The translations under genes and the position numbers were made by a program. Below are positions 32,731 to 41,492 of a stretch of 64,000 nt of DNA, in pieces. Origin of the DNA: Deinococcota bacterium (GTDB taxonomy: Bacteria; Deinococcota; Deinococci; Deinococcales; Thermaceae). Location: assembly GCA_041695225.1 (NCBI GenBank), contig JBGFRI010000014.1, positions 128,001-192,000 on the forward strand, in the 5' to 3' direction. The first letter of the stretch is position 1, and each line of letters starts with the position of its first letter. The notes beneath the pieces are model-generated. The model ran no database searches, was not told the DNA's origin, and saw only the letters and a list, made by a program, of their open reading frames with translations.

Positions 32731-32883
32731 ACCACGATTGTACCGGGCGAGCCGGGCTGGCTATACCTGGGCCAGGCTCGAGGAAGCTGCCCGGCGTTTG
32801 GCCGATAGTAAGCGGTCAAAGGTCGAAGATCGAAGGTCCAGGGAGTAATCATCCGTGACCTCCGGCTGGCGTAGTATGGGAGC

Positions 32884-33396
32884 ATGTCTGAAAGCACCCA
32901 GAAACACAAAGAGATCGCCAGGGCAAAAGGCCCGGTGAAGATCGCCATTGTTACTGCCTCCGACACCCGCACCCCCGAAACCGATACCAACTACCACTAC
33001 CTTAAGCCCGAGATCGAGGCGCTGGGACACACAATCGTGGGTTACCGCATCATCCGGGACGAGCCCGACCAGGTATCGCTGGCCCTGGAGGACATGGTCA
33101 ACGCCGGGGCGCAGATAATTCTATTCAACGGCGGAACCGGCATCGCTCCCCGCGACACCACCTACGACGTGCTGGCGCGCAAGATCGAAAAACCCATGCC
33201 GGGTTTTGGCGAGCTTTTTCGCATGCTCTCCTATAACGAGGTTGGGGCCGCCGCCATGCTCTCCCGCGCCACGGCCGGAACCTACCGCAAGAAGGTGGTA
33301 ATCTCTACCCCGGGCTCGCCCAACGCGGTGATGGTAGCCTGGACCAAGCTGATCAAGCCCGAGTTAGAGCACCTGGCCTGGGAAGTGGCCCGGTAG
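32884..33396 (+). CDS. moaB: Molybdenum cofactor biosynthesis protein MoaB/Mog
   Basis: [31 protein letters not shown]. Confidence 0.9.
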   Translation: MSESTQKHKEIARAKGPVKIAIVTASDTRTPETDTNYHYLKPEIEALGHTIVGYRIIRDEPDQVSLALEDMVNAGAQIILFNGGTGIAPRDTTYDVLARKIEKPMPGFGELFRMLSYNEVGAAAMLSRATAGTYRKKVVISTPGSPNAVMVAWTKLIKPELEHLAWEVAR

Positions 33397-33493
33397 CCAT
33401 TTCAAGCCTGCTAAATGCAGCGTCAATCGCTAATTTTCGGTTGAAGTATGAATCGAATCCCAGCCTTCACTGCAAGTGCTTGCCTCGACTGCC

Positions 33494-33572
33494 CCTTCGA
33501 CACGCTCAGGGCAGGCTCCTTCGACACGCTCAGGGCAGGCTCCTACGGATGCGCCTCAGGGTCGTAATGACG
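33494..33572 (+). repeat. Two tandem 24-bp REP-like units plus right half of the gtcattgcgag-type element
   Basis: (ccttcgacacgctcagggcaggct)x2 then gcgcctcagggtcgtaatgacg. Confidence 0.85.
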
Positions 33573-33695
33573 GCGTGCCCATACTCCCGTCAAGTCAAGT
33601 CCAATCGGCGCCCTTCGGTCATAATGCCGGGTCATCACTCTTTGACCGTGGCACCGGCACTTGCATTAGTGCGGTATTAGCTGCATAATGCATGT

Positions 33696-33932
33696 ATGCC
33701 TGTCTCGATCACCATACGAAACGTTCCTGACGAGACCAAGGACAAGCTCGCCTCGCGCGCGGCCCGTGCCGGTCAGTCGCTGCAGGAGTATCTGCGCAGT
33801 CAGCTTATCGAACTGGCCAGCAAACCCGACCCGCAGTTGCTGATGGCCAGGGTGCGCGCACGGACGTCGCGGCTGGGCGTTGCGGTGCCAGCAGAAGTTA
33901 TCCTCGCTCACCGCGACGCCGACAGGCGATGA
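33696..33932 (+). CDS. Ribbon-helix-helix antitoxin (FitA/VapB-like)
   Basis: SITIRNVPDE..LASRAARAGQSLQEYLR; ATGA-coupled to a PIN gene. Confidence 0.88.
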   Translation: MPVSITIRNVPDETKDKLASRAARAGQSLQEYLRSQLIELASKPDPQLLMARVRARTSRLGVAVPAEVILAHRDADRR

Positions 33933-34330
33933 CGCTGGTAGTTGACGCCTCGGTGGTCGTAGCTGCCTTGATCGACGACGGACCGAACGGGGCATGGGCT
34001 GCGCGGCTGCTAAGCACACATCCGCTCACCGCGCCGCACCTGCTGCCTGTGGAGGTAACCAGTATCCTCAGGCGAGCCACCCTGCACGCAGAGATCAGCG
34101 ACGACAACGCATCGCTGGCCCAGGCCGACCTGCTGGCTTTGCGCGTAGATTTGTTCCCGTTCGAACCGTTCGCAGAGCGGGTGTGGGAACTGCGCTTTGC
34201 CGTTAGCTCCTACGATGCCTGGTATGTTGCGCTAGCCGAAGCGCTGGGCGCGCCGCTTGCCACGCTGGATGAGCGTTTGAGCCGCGCCGCAGGCCCGCGC
34301 TGCCTATTCGAGCTGCCTCCTAAAGCCTGA
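33929..34330 (+). CDS. VapC-family PIN toxin
   Basis: LVVDASVV, SYDAWYVALAE, LATLDERL. Confidence 0.92.
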   Translation: MTLVVDASVVVAALIDDGPNGAWAARLLSTHPLTAPHLLPVEVTSILRRATLHAEISDDNASLAQADLLALRVDLFPFEPFAERVWELRFAVSSYDAWYVALAEALGAPLATLDERLSRAAGPRCLFELPPKA

Positions 34331-34411
34331 CGGTCTTCCATCTGTCATGCCACCTCCACACGCCATACTTGTGGAAATCAGCCGGGTCGAGTGCTGGGAG
34401 CGTGGTCTAGG

Positions 34412-34452
34412 GGGTTGCTTCCCCTTCGGCTGCGCCTCAGGGTCGCAACGAC
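34412..34452 (+). repeat. Right half of the gtcattgcgag-type palindromic element
   Basis: ttgcttccccttcggctgcgcctcagggtcgcaacgac matches 57767-57806. Confidence 0.8.
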
Positions 34453-34500
34453 AAGGGGGAGGGAGTGCTCCGCTGCGTTGTGGTGGTGTACACTAAACCT

Positions 34501-34728
34501 ATGTGGCAAGGCTGGATCATCTCCGATCCTAACGTCCTCTCCGGCAAACCGGTGGTCAAAGGGACGCGCCTGGCAGTAAGTTTCTTGCTCGGTCTGTTGG
34601 CTCAGGGCTGGACCGAAGAGCAGATCCTTGATAACTACCCGCAACTGCCTCGCCAAGGGCTAAGGGCGGCCATTCGCTACGCCCAGGATTCGGTGGATGA
34701 AGCGCTCTTCCTTGAAGTTTCTCGCTGA
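34501..34728 (+). CDS. DUF433 antitoxin
   Basis: SDPNVLSGKPVVKGTRL..GWTEEQILDNYPQL. Confidence 0.9.
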   Translation: MWQGWIISDPNVLSGKPVVKGTRLAVSFLLGLLAQGWTEEQILDNYPQLPRQGLRAAIRYAQDSVDEALFLEVSR

Positions 34729-35065
34729 TGAAAATGTGCCTTTGGCAACCGTCACTAAGCTGCGGCAAGCAGGCCATGACATCTACTGGATAGCCGAAGA
34801 AGCAGCAGGGCTAGACGACTTGGCGGTATGGCAGCTGGCGGCAGAGCAACAGGCAGTGCTAATCACCTTTGACCGAGACTTTGGTCGTTTGATGATCCAG
34901 GCTGCCACCCCAAGACCCAAAGGCGTTATCTACTGCCGCTTCATTCCAGTAACCCCCGCCGAAGCCGGAGAGCTGATCCTAAAGGTGCTTGGCTACGCCA
35001 CCGTATCGTTAGGCAACCACTTTACTACGCTAGAACGTGAGCGACTAAGGAGCCGTAAAATGTAA
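34712..35065 (+). CDS. DUF5615 PIN-like toxin
   Basis: KFLADENVP, GHD, LITFDRDFG; TTG start overlapping DUF433. Confidence 0.88.
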   Translation: MKFLADENVPLATVTKLRQAGHDIYWIAEEAAGLDDLAVWQLAAEQQAVLITFDRDFGRLMIQAATPRPKGVIYCRFIPVTPAEAGELILKVLGYATVSLGNHFTTLERERLRSRKM

Positions 35066-35192
35066 GGTGTTACGAGCGCAGCGTGGGGAACCGCCGCAGC
35101 ACCGTGGCGGCGCATTCGGCTGGCTCAGGGGCAAGCCTAAGGAAGTGGCTTGTGGTATGTGGCTTGTGGGAAGTGGGAAGTGGACGGAACGA

Positions 35193-35277
35193 AAATCCCC
35201 CCGGCCTGCGGCCACCCCCCTTGGCAAGGGGGGAAGGCAGGGGTTTGCCCCCCCTTGCCAAGGGGGTTGGGGGGATT
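35193..35277 (+). repeat. Repeat A, ~85-bp double-hairpin element
   Basis: aatcccccc-ggcctgcggcc-ccccccttggcaagggggg-linker-cccccttgccaaggggg-tt-ggggggatt. Confidence 0.92.
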
Positions 35278-35299
35278 AGCAGTGTGCCACACTTATAGC

Positions 35300-35520
35300 A
35301 TGATCGACTGGTCCTCGTGCCCGGCAGTCGAACACCACCCGCAAAGGCTCAGCGGAGCCTGGGTGTTCCGCCGCACCCGCGTGCCCGTAGCCGCCCTCTT
35401 TGAAAACCTCGAGGACGGGGCTCCGGTAGACGATTTCGTGGCTGGTTTCCCGGCGTCACCCTGGAGCAGGTCTGGGCCGTTCTCCATCGCGCCGCACACA
35501 GCACCTTAGCCCCTGAATAG
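35300..35520 (+). pseudogene. Frameshifted orphan DUF433 gene
   Basis: MIDWSSCPAVE..SGAWVFRRTRVPVAALFENLEDG; a 1-nt shift near 35442 restores WFPGVTLEQVWAVL ending at TAG 35520. Confidence 0.8.
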
Positions 35521-35533
35521 CCGCCGTCTTCGT

Positions 35534-35800
35534 CTAATAGCCACGGTGATGCAAAGCAATATCGTCAATCAGGATGGCACCCTGTTCGGTATCGACACGA
35601 AAGAGCAGGCGGTAGTTTCTTACCCTGCGCCGATAACCTTGACAACCACGCAGCTTTTTAACATCGCCCAGCGTCCAGTCCTCAGCCATCGCTGCCAGGA
35701 CATCTTCAATGGCTGTACAGACTTGCGGCTGGGTGCGAGCAAGTTCGCCCAGCACCTTATCGGCCCGGCGGCTCAGGAGGATCCGGTACGGCGCTGCCAC
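35534..35800 (-). CDS. RelE/ParE-family toxin
   Basis: YRILLSRRADKVL, DVKKLRG..YRRRVRNYRLLF. Confidence 0.88.
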   Translation of the reverse strand: MAAPYRILLSRRADKVLGELARTQPQVCTAIEDVLAAMAEDWTLGDVKKLRGCQGYRRRVRNYRLLFRVDTEQGAILIDDIALHHRGY

Positions 35801-35979
35801 GGCACGTAGTCAACATAGTCAGGCCCGGACGCCTCGACATCATTCAAAATCGCAATTTCTTCCGGCAAGGGTTTCGCTGCGGGCAGTGTAAGATCGGCAA
35901 TAAACCTCTGCAGCGCGCGTAGCTCGGCTTCCCCAAGTTGCTCTATCTCTCGCTGGAGTCTCTCCTTGAGGCTGTTCAT
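35773..35979 (-). CDS. Putative antitoxin of the RelE pair
   Basis: Small acidic protein overlapping the toxin; TAAACT 6 nt before ATG. Confidence 0.75.
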   Translation of the reverse strand: MNSLKERLQREIEQLGEAELRALQRFIADLTLPAAKPLPEEIAILNDVEASGPDYVDYVPWQRRTGSS

Positions 35980-36039
35980 GACACAAGTTTACCACAGCCG
36001 GTGGCGCTGTTTAGACTTCAAGCCAGCGCGGCGTGGGCC

Positions 36040-36120
36040 AATCCCCCCGGCCTAGCGGCCACCCCCCTTGCAAGGGGGGAAGGCAGGGGTTTGCCCCCCC
36101 TTGCCAAGGGGGTTGGGAGG
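36040..36120 (+). repeat. Repeat A
   Basis: Near-identical to 35193-35277. Confidence 0.9.
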
Positions 36121-36183
36121 TTGCTCCAAGGTCATCGGCTTCGCCCTGCCAGCGAAGCGCAAAGGTATACTCAGCCTGGACCG

Positions 36184-36624
36184 ATGTTGATCTATCTCGA
36201 CAACTGCTGCTTCAACCGCCCGTTTGATGACCAAACGCAAACCCGCGTGCGCTTGGAAGCAGAAGCAAAGTTGTTCATTCAGGAGCAGATTATCGCTGGA
36301 AACGTTGGTCTGGCCTGGTCCTATATGCTCGACTATGAAAACAGCTTCAACCCCTTCGAAGACCGGCGCAGGGCTATCGAACGCTGGCGCACCAGGTCAC
36401 AGGTAGATATTGTCGAAACGCCGGAACTCCTCGACCGGGCAAGGCAGTTGCACGCCCTGGGACTGAGAAGCAAGGATGCGCTCCACATTGCATGTGCCAT
36501 AGCCGCACGCTGCGATTTCTTTCTTTCGACTGACGACCTGCTGCTGCGTAAGCTTGCCGGGCAAAGTGTGATAACGGCGCTAAACCCGCTGGCCCTGGCA
36601 GCGATAATTGGAGAGGAACCATGA
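36184..36624 (+). CDS. PIN-domain toxin
   Basis: IYLDNCCFNRPFDDQTQ, KDALHIACA, FLSTDD. Confidence 0.9.
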   Translation: MLIYLDNCCFNRPFDDQTQTRVRLEAEAKLFIQEQIIAGNVGLAWSYMLDYENSFNPFEDRRRAIERWRTRSQVDIVETPELLDRARQLHALGLRSKDALHIACAIAARCDFFLSTDDLLLRKLAGQSVITALNPLALAAIIGEEP

Positions 36625-36827
36625 AAACCGATACCGAGATCAGACTTGACGGAACCAGAGCCCTGATCGAAGCGCTGGGTGAAGTAGATGCGGAGCGCTA
36701 CATCGCCATCCTGATGCGCGAGCCCTTCGATTACACGCGGTGGCAGCGGACCATTTTGCAGGCGGCCTCCGTCGAGGAGGTCAGCGCGGCAGCGATGAAA
36801 GCGAGAGAGGGCGAACGGGGGGAGTAG
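36621..36827 (+). CDS. Small partner protein (putative antitoxin, downstream of toxin)
   Basis: MKTDTEIRLDG..ALGEVDAERYI..FDYTRWQ; ATGA overlap. Confidence 0.78.
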   Translation: MKTDTEIRLDGTRALIEALGEVDAERYIAILMREPFDYTRWQRTILQAASVEEVSAAAMKAREGERGE

Positions 36828-36915
36828 CGCGCGTGGCCGGGGACGGGGCGTGCGAGGAGCGGCGTTGTCGGGGTTTGGTCCTTTGGCATGAGCGGACCCG
36901 GCCCCTGGCAAAACC

Positions 36916-37000
36916 CCCTCCCCCTGTGTATGGGGGAGGGCCGGGTAAAGGGGGTTGGGGGGATTGTGCGCTACGCCGGCCTACAACCCTCCCACTTGCT
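36916..37000 (+). repeat. Mosaic of hairpin B, repeat A right end and module C
   Basis: ccctccccc-tgtgtat-gggggaggg, then aagggggttggggggatt, then gtgcgctacgccggcctac..ccctccca; same modules at 37971-38080. Confidence 0.82.
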
Positions 37001-37041
37001 ATGGGGCGTGTGGGGCCACAACAACCAAGAAACCAAAAACA

Positions 37042-37198
37042 CGTCATTGCGAGCGCTCGCAGAGCGCGAAGCAATCCAGATCACCCCGTCAGCCAAGTTG
37101 CGTTTAGCTCCTCCTGGATGAATTAATCACCCCCATGCTCGGCCACGCCATCATCTAGCCGATTGCTTCGTCGGCCCAAGGGCCTCCTCGCAATGGCG
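37042..37198. repeat. Inverted doublet of the gtcattgcgag..gaagcaatc element (REPIN-like)
   Basis: cgtcattgcgag..cgaagcaatc at 37042-37076 and gattgcttcg..ctcgcaatggcg at 37161-37198. Confidence 0.85.
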
Positions 37199-37203
37199 AA
37201 AGT

Positions 37204-37260
37204 GCCTGCGGCCACCCCCCTTGTTAAGGGAGAGCAGCAGGGTTTGCCCCCCTTACCAAG
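37204..37260 (+). repeat. Truncated repeat A
   Basis: gcctgcggccaccccccttgttaaggg..gggtttgccccccttaccaag. Confidence 0.8.
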
Positions 37261-37313
37261 TAGTACTGGCGGCCCCCGCTTGCCACCACCGGGCGACAGC
37301 GTATAATTTAGCT

Positions 37314-37520
37314 ATGGCCAAGCCGCTTTACTACATCAAAGACTCCGACGGCAACGAGGTCGGGGTGGTGCTGAGCCCCGCCGACTACCAGGTGCTCATC
37401 GAGACCGGCGGCAAGTTCTTGTGGCCCACAACGCCCGGCGGCAAACCGCAAGGCTCAGACCCGCCGGCCCGTATCGAGGGGCGCAGCCTGTCCGAGATAG
37501 TCATCGAAGATCGGCGATGA
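37314..37520 (+). CDS. Putative antitoxin (Phd-like N-terminus)
   Basis: YIKDSDGNEVGVVLSPADYQ..GRSLSEIVIEDRR; TATAAT 6 nt before ATG. Confidence 0.8.
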   Translation: MAKPLYYIKDSDGNEVGVVLSPADYQVLIETGGKFLWPTTPGGKPQGSDPPARIEGRSLSEIVIEDRR

Positions 37521-37942
37521 CGCTCTACCTCGATACCAGCGCGCTGGTCAAACTGTATGTCGAGGAAGAGGGGCGGGAAACGGTCCAGAACGCCTTGGCG
37601 CAGGCCCAAAGAGCCGCCATCGCAACTATCGGCTATGCTGAGTGCCGCGCAGCATTGGCTCGCAAGCTAAGAGAGAACGGCCTCGGTGTTGCGGAATATC
37701 GGCGCACGGTGAGGGATCTGGATCGAGATTGGCAGGAGCTCTTGCGCGTCATGGTGGATGACGATCTCAGCCGCGAGGCAGGGCTTCTGGCCGAGCGCTT
37801 ATCCTTGCGGGGTTTCGATGCGATACATCTTGCCAGCGCCATTCGCTTACAGCAACGCCTGGGTGATGTCTACTTGCTGGCTTTCGATCAGAAGCTTATG
37901 CAAGCTGCTCCGCAGCACGTGCCGCTTTATACGCCCGGGTAG
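37517..37942 (+). CDS. VapC-family PIN toxin
   Basis: LYLDTSALVKLY, LRGFDAIHLASA, AFDQKL. Confidence 0.92.
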   Translation: MTLYLDTSALVKLYVEEEGRETVQNALAQAQRAAIATIGYAECRAALARKLRENGLGVAEYRRTVRDLDRDWQELLRVMVDDDLSREAGLLAERLSLRGFDAIHLASAIRLQQRLGDVYLLAFDQKLMQAAPQHVPLYTPG

Positions 37943-37943
37943 C

Positions 37944-38135
37944 AAATCCCCCGGCCTGCGGCCACCCACACCCTCCCCCTGGATATGGGGGAGGGCCGGG
38001 GTGGGAGTAAAGGGGGCTGGGGGGATTGAGGGAGTTGGGGGGATTGAGCGCTGCGCCGGCCTACTGCCCTCCCACCTGCTAAGGCCAATCCTCCCGGCCT
38101 GCGGCCACCCCCCTTGTTAAGGGACTTGGGGGATT
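37944..38135 (+). repeat. Mosaic spacer: repeat A with B inserted, module C, shortened A
   Basis: Starts 2 nt after the VapC stop codon; modules match other spacers. Confidence 0.85.
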
Positions 38136-38157
38136 GAGAGCTAGAAGTCTGAGAACC

Positions 38158-38403
38158 TCACGGCGTGGTGTTCAGCAAATCAAGCTCCGCAGTCTTGCCG
38201 GTGGCCTGGTTAAGGAGCCGGACTCTGCCCATCCCCTGGGTGAGCTGCTCGTTGGCATTCAAGAACTCGATGCCGTAGACGGTGCCATCGGGTGCAAGGT
38301 CGATAAAAAGCGCCTCACCAAGCTTGAACGTTTCGACCTGCTCGACCTTTTCCTTCAAGCTCAGATAGGCGATGTTATAGCGCGGATCGTAGGATAGTTT
38401 CAT
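38158..38403 (-). CDS. DUF2283 protein (putative antitoxin)
   Basis: MKLSYDPRYNIAYL..IDLAPDGTVYGIEFLNA. Confidence 0.88.
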   Translation of the reverse strand: MKLSYDPRYNIAYLSLKEKVEQVETFKLGEALFIDLAPDGTVYGIEFLNANEQLTQGMGRVRLLNQATGKTAELDLLNTTP

Positions 38404-38418
38404 CGTTACCTCCCACCG

Positions 38419-38670
38419 TCAGAAATAGCGGGTAATCACGGTAATCACCAGCCAGTCATTCCCCTCGTTGACAGCGTACACCTCGAGCTGCTTGATGCCA
38501 AAATGTCTGCCTCGCCACTCGGCCTCGAATGGAAAGTTGCGGCGAAAGCCAGTGCGGCCAAACTTGGCTGGGAACTGTTCACCCTTGTCAATCGTTGCCA
38601 TCACCTCGTCTTCAGTGGCGCCACGCTCGAGCAGCCGTTGCCTGGCGTGAGAGTGGAAACGGACAGGCAC
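38419..38670 (-). CDS. DUF4258 protein (putative toxin)
   Basis: FHSHARQRLLERGATEDEV..LVITVITRYF; TATAAT 5 nt before GTG. Confidence 0.85.
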   Translation of the reverse strand: MPVRFHSHARQRLLERGATEDEVMATIDKGEQFPAKFGRTGFRRNFPFEAEWRGRHFGIKQLEVYAVNEGNDWLVITVITRYF

Positions 38671-38830
38671 GCCTCATTATACGCCGGTCCACCGCGCGCT
38701 ACGCTAGCCCTCACCCAACTTCTCCCACCTGGATGGGGCGCGGCGCCCCCAGGTTTCCGTCGCGGAACCTGCGCTGAGGGACGAAGCACTGGCCACGACA
38801 ATCCCCCGGCCCGTGGCCACTCCCCTTAGT

Positions 38831-38914
38831 AATCCCCCCGGCCTGCGGCCACCCCCCTTGTCGAAGGGGGGCAAATTCTGTTTCCCCCCTTAATAAGGGG
38901 GGTTGGGGGGATTT
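38831..38914 (+). repeat. Repeat A (pilin-proximal variant)
   Basis: gtcgaa and taataa loop variant; preceded by a partial copy at 38800-38828. Confidence 0.92.
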
Positions 38915-38943
38915 GGACATCAGCAGCGTACTACACTTACAGA

Positions 38944-39009
38944 ATGAGCGGCTGGACTTCGAGCCCGGCAGTAGAACGCGACACGCAAAGGGTCAGCGGA
39001 AGGTGTGTT
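38944..39009 (+). pseudogene. 5' fragment of a DUF433 gene
   Basis: MSGWTSSPAVERDTQRVSG aligns with MIDWSSCPAVEHHPQRLSG at 35300; similar promoter sequence. Confidence 0.7.
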
Positions 39010-39032
39010 GAGGAACGAAGCCCTTGCCACGA

Positions 39033-39248
39033 AAATCCCCCCGGCGCGCCGCGCCACCCCCCTTGTCGAAGGGGGGCAAATTCTGTTTCCCCCCTTAATA
39101 AGGGGCCAACATTCTGTTTCCCCCCTTAATAAGGGGGGTTGGGGGGATTGTGCGCTGCCCCGGCCTACAGCCCTCCCATCTGCGGAGGGGCGATCCCCCC
39201 GGCCTACGGCCACCCCCCTTGTCGAAGGGGGGAATCCCCCGGGCCTAC
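39033..39248 (+). repeat. Repeat A with internal duplication, module C and two partial A units abutting the pilin stop
   Basis: 39033-39149 full, 39193-39232 half, 39233-39248 start of another. Confidence 0.9.
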
Positions 39249-39646
39249 TGCCTGACGCCGTTGACAAACGTGCTGCCACGCACGGTGGTAATCGCCACCG
39301 CCAGGCTCTCGTCAACCGTGCTGACGGTGCAGCCAGTCACCGAGCCAGGCGCTGCCGACCAGCCGTAAGGGCGCGTGTCGCTGCCAATCACCACGCTGAC
39401 CGTGGCAGCGGCCCCGGCCCCACAGTTAAAGGTGCCGCCCGCTACGTCCGCCGCAGTTACCTCGGTATCCGAGGACAGCACCGCCATTAGCGCCGTAAAA
39501 ACCACCATGCTGTAAACCTGCGCGGCGCGCTCCTGGGCCTGGCTGCGGGCGTTGAGCAGGTTGGGGATGAGCACGGCCGCCAGAATGCCGATGATGGAGA
39601 TGACGATGAGTATCTCGATAAGGGTAAAGCCGCCGGACTTGCTCAT
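39245..39646 (-). CDS. Type IV pilin paralog
   Basis: G/FTLIE prepilin site, hydrophobic helix, C..YGWSAAP..C; RBS aggag. Confidence 0.92.
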   Translation of the reverse strand: MSKSGGFTLIEILIVISIIGILAAVLIPNLLNARSQAQERAAQVYSMVVFTALMAVLSSDTEVTAADVAGGTFNCGAGAAATVSVVIGSDTRPYGWSAAPGSVTGCTVSTVDESLAVAITTVRGSTFVNGVRQ

Positions 39647-39694
39647 GCGGCACTCCTATTTATCCAAGGCAAGATGCATCTGATGATTGAACAG

Positions 39695-39720
39695 GCGCCC
39701 AAGACCGGGGCCTTGGGCGC
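39695..39720 (-). terminator. Hairpin between the two pilin genes
   Basis: gcgcccaag-8 nt-cttgggcgc; weak T tract. Confidence 0.55.
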
Positions 39721-39754
39721 ACTGCTTTTCCGTAAGCATCGGGTGTTATGGTGA

Positions 39755-40126
39755 CTACTGCTGCTCACCGTTTATAAATGTGCGACGCGCAGTTGCCACA
39801 GTCACAGTAAAGTCACTGACACCGGCCGCAGCAATGGTGCAAGTAGTAACGCCACCGGGTGCCGCGTTCCAGCCGAAGTTACCAGCGGTTCCACCGTCAC
39901 TGCAGTCGCCTGTTATACCGCCTACAACATCGGAAGCATCGTCGGCAGGGCGCTCAGCCAGGTCGGCGTGGAGGGCCTTGTACACATTGGAGCTGTGTGC
40001 TTGCGCGGCACGATCAATTGCCGAGTTGCGCGCACCGAGCAGGTTGGGGATCAGTACCGCCGCCAGGATGCCGATGATCGCGATTACGATCAGCAGCTCA
40101 ATCAGGGTAAAGCCTTGCTTCTTCAT
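39755..40126 (-). CDS. Type IV pilin, probably the major pilin
   Basis: MKKQG/FTLIELLIVIAIIGILAAVLIPNLL, two Cys, RBS aggag, TATACT at 40245-40250. Confidence 0.93.
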   Translation of the reverse strand: MKKQGFTLIELLIVIAIIGILAAVLIPNLLGARNSAIDRAAQAHSSNVYKALHADLAERPADDASDVVGGITGDCSDGGTAGNFGWNAAPGGVTTCTIAAAGVSDFTVTVATARRTFINGEQQ

Positions 40127-40453
40127 GGGTGTTCTCCTGTGGTTCCGCACCGTTTGGGTATGAGTATGGGTGCGGCATTGCTTAGTGCAACTAGAGGGCT
40201 TTGGGTCGCGCGGGAGCGGGCCTATTCCCGGACTCCAGGGCTCAGTATAGTGCCCGGTCTGGTGGGGCTCTGTGGAATTTGACCCAACCAGAGCCCTGTT
40301 GCGTTACGCGCAGGCGTTACCCGCCCTTGCCCGGCGGCCCCCGCAAGCACCCACCCCGAGGCTTGCCCTGGGGCTTGCGTCTTGAAGGGCCGCCGTTCCA
40401 AGCGTTGTCGGATGGGCCGTCACCGCACACGGTGCGTTGGCTGGCGCACTGCT

Positions 40454-40539
40454 AAATCCCCCCTACCCCCCTTATTAAGGGGGGAAACAGAATTTTGCCC
40501 CCCTTCGACAAAGGGGGTGGCCGCAGGCCGGGGGGATTT
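40454..40539 (-). repeat. Repeat A, inverted orientation
   Basis: Reverse complement differs from 38831-38914 at only about 3 positions. Confidence 0.92.
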
Positions 40540-40575
40540 ACCATGCGAGCAGCTGGTCTGCTTGGCATACTGGGT

Positions 40576-40699
40576 TCATTGCGAGGAGGCCGCAGGCCGA
40601 CGAAGCAATCCAGGAGAGGGTCGCAAGCCCGCCTGCCGCTGGGTGACCTGGATGGCTTTTCCCTCGTCTGGGCCTCAGAATCGCAGCGACGAAAAATCC
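40576..40699. repeat. Degenerate REPIN-like doublet
   Basis: tcattgcgaggaggccgcaggccgacgaagcaatccag..gggtgacctggatggc..tcgcagcgacgaaaaatcc parallels 57688-57815. Confidence 0.75.
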
Positions 40700-40733
40700 T
40701 TCTGTCAACACCTGGAGGCCAGAATGGGGGGGT

Positions 40734-40790
40734 GAGGTTTGCGAGGTTGCTTGCTCGCGCTAGCGCGCTCCTGGCCACGATACGCTGGTA
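40734..40790 (+). repeat. Module D (57-bp direct repeat)
   Basis: Matches 42445-42501. Confidence 0.8.
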
Positions 40791-40809
40791 TTTGTGGGCG
40801 CTTTGGGAA

Positions 40810-41211
40810 CTATGGCAAAAGCGCAAAGCCAAGCTCTCGCTGCACAACCTGGAAATCGCGCCTATCCAGACTGACGATACGCTGAGTTGTGCGCACGGCG
40901 CAGCAGACCACCGCCGCATCAGAATACCCGAGCGGTAAATTTGCGTAACGCTCGGCAAGCCGCTTGATATCGGTCAAATCTTGTGTGCCACAGTCCAGGC
41001 TGAAATTTTCTCTGATGAGATCGTCGAAAAACAGCGCAAAGACCTGGTGTCCTAGCCGAAGTTCGATCAGATAACAGATCTCCGAGAGGATGCCGACAGG
41101 TATGATCAACTGCCCCGGTTCGGTAACCAGAATTTCTTTAACCGGCTCATGATTGGGATCCGAGCGGTTCAAAAGCGCCAGCACGGCGCTGGTGTCTAAA
41201 ACCACACTCAA
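40810..41211 (-). CDS. VapC-family PIN toxin
   Basis: VLDTSAVLALLNRSDPNH, LGYSDAAVV, SLDRRDF. Confidence 0.92.
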   Translation of the reverse strand: MSVVLDTSAVLALLNRSDPNHEPVKEILVTEPGQLIIPVGILSEICYLIELRLGHQVFALFFDDLIRENFSLDCGTQDLTDIKRLAERYANLPLGYSDAAVVCCAVRTTQRIVSLDRRDFQVVQRELGFALLP

Positions 41212-41426
41212 CGCTTACCCCGCGCCTCTTGCAGAATTTCGCGGGTCTGTCTGGCATCCAGGCTGGGGTCATCGCCGGCGCCTGCGGAGACGAACTGCCT
41301 GTGCGGAGGGGACAGGTAGCGCGTCAACGCCTCTTCGAGCAGCGCTTCGGGTGGTCTGCCCATGCGCTCTGCGGCAGCTTTGAGCAGGTGCGCCAGTTCG
41401 TCACTCAGGTAAAGGGCCTGCGGCAT
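41208..41426 (-). CDS. RHH/CopG-like antitoxin
   Basis: LYLSDELAHLLKAAAERMGR..LLEEALTRYL; TATACT 6 nt before ATG. Confidence 0.85.
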   Translation of the reverse strand: MPQALYLSDELAHLLKAAAERMGRPPEALLEEALTRYLSPPHRQFVSAGAGDDPSLDARQTREILQEARGKR

Positions 41427-41492
41427 ACACGGAGTATAGCGTACTTCAGAGCTCTATCCTGACTTTGGTGTCGGACGCGCTGGCGCACTGCG

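Noticed and set aside
33471..33665. MITE defined by tgcaagtgc/gcacttgca
   Set aside because: Only a 9-bp inverted repeat, no target duplication, no second copy in the window.
38920..39490. ORFs 38920-39315 and 39005-39490 and similar ORFs over spacers (35070-35298, 40382-40958, 41465-41785)
   Set aside because: Low-complexity Pro/Gly translations of the repeat modules, or shadows of real genes.
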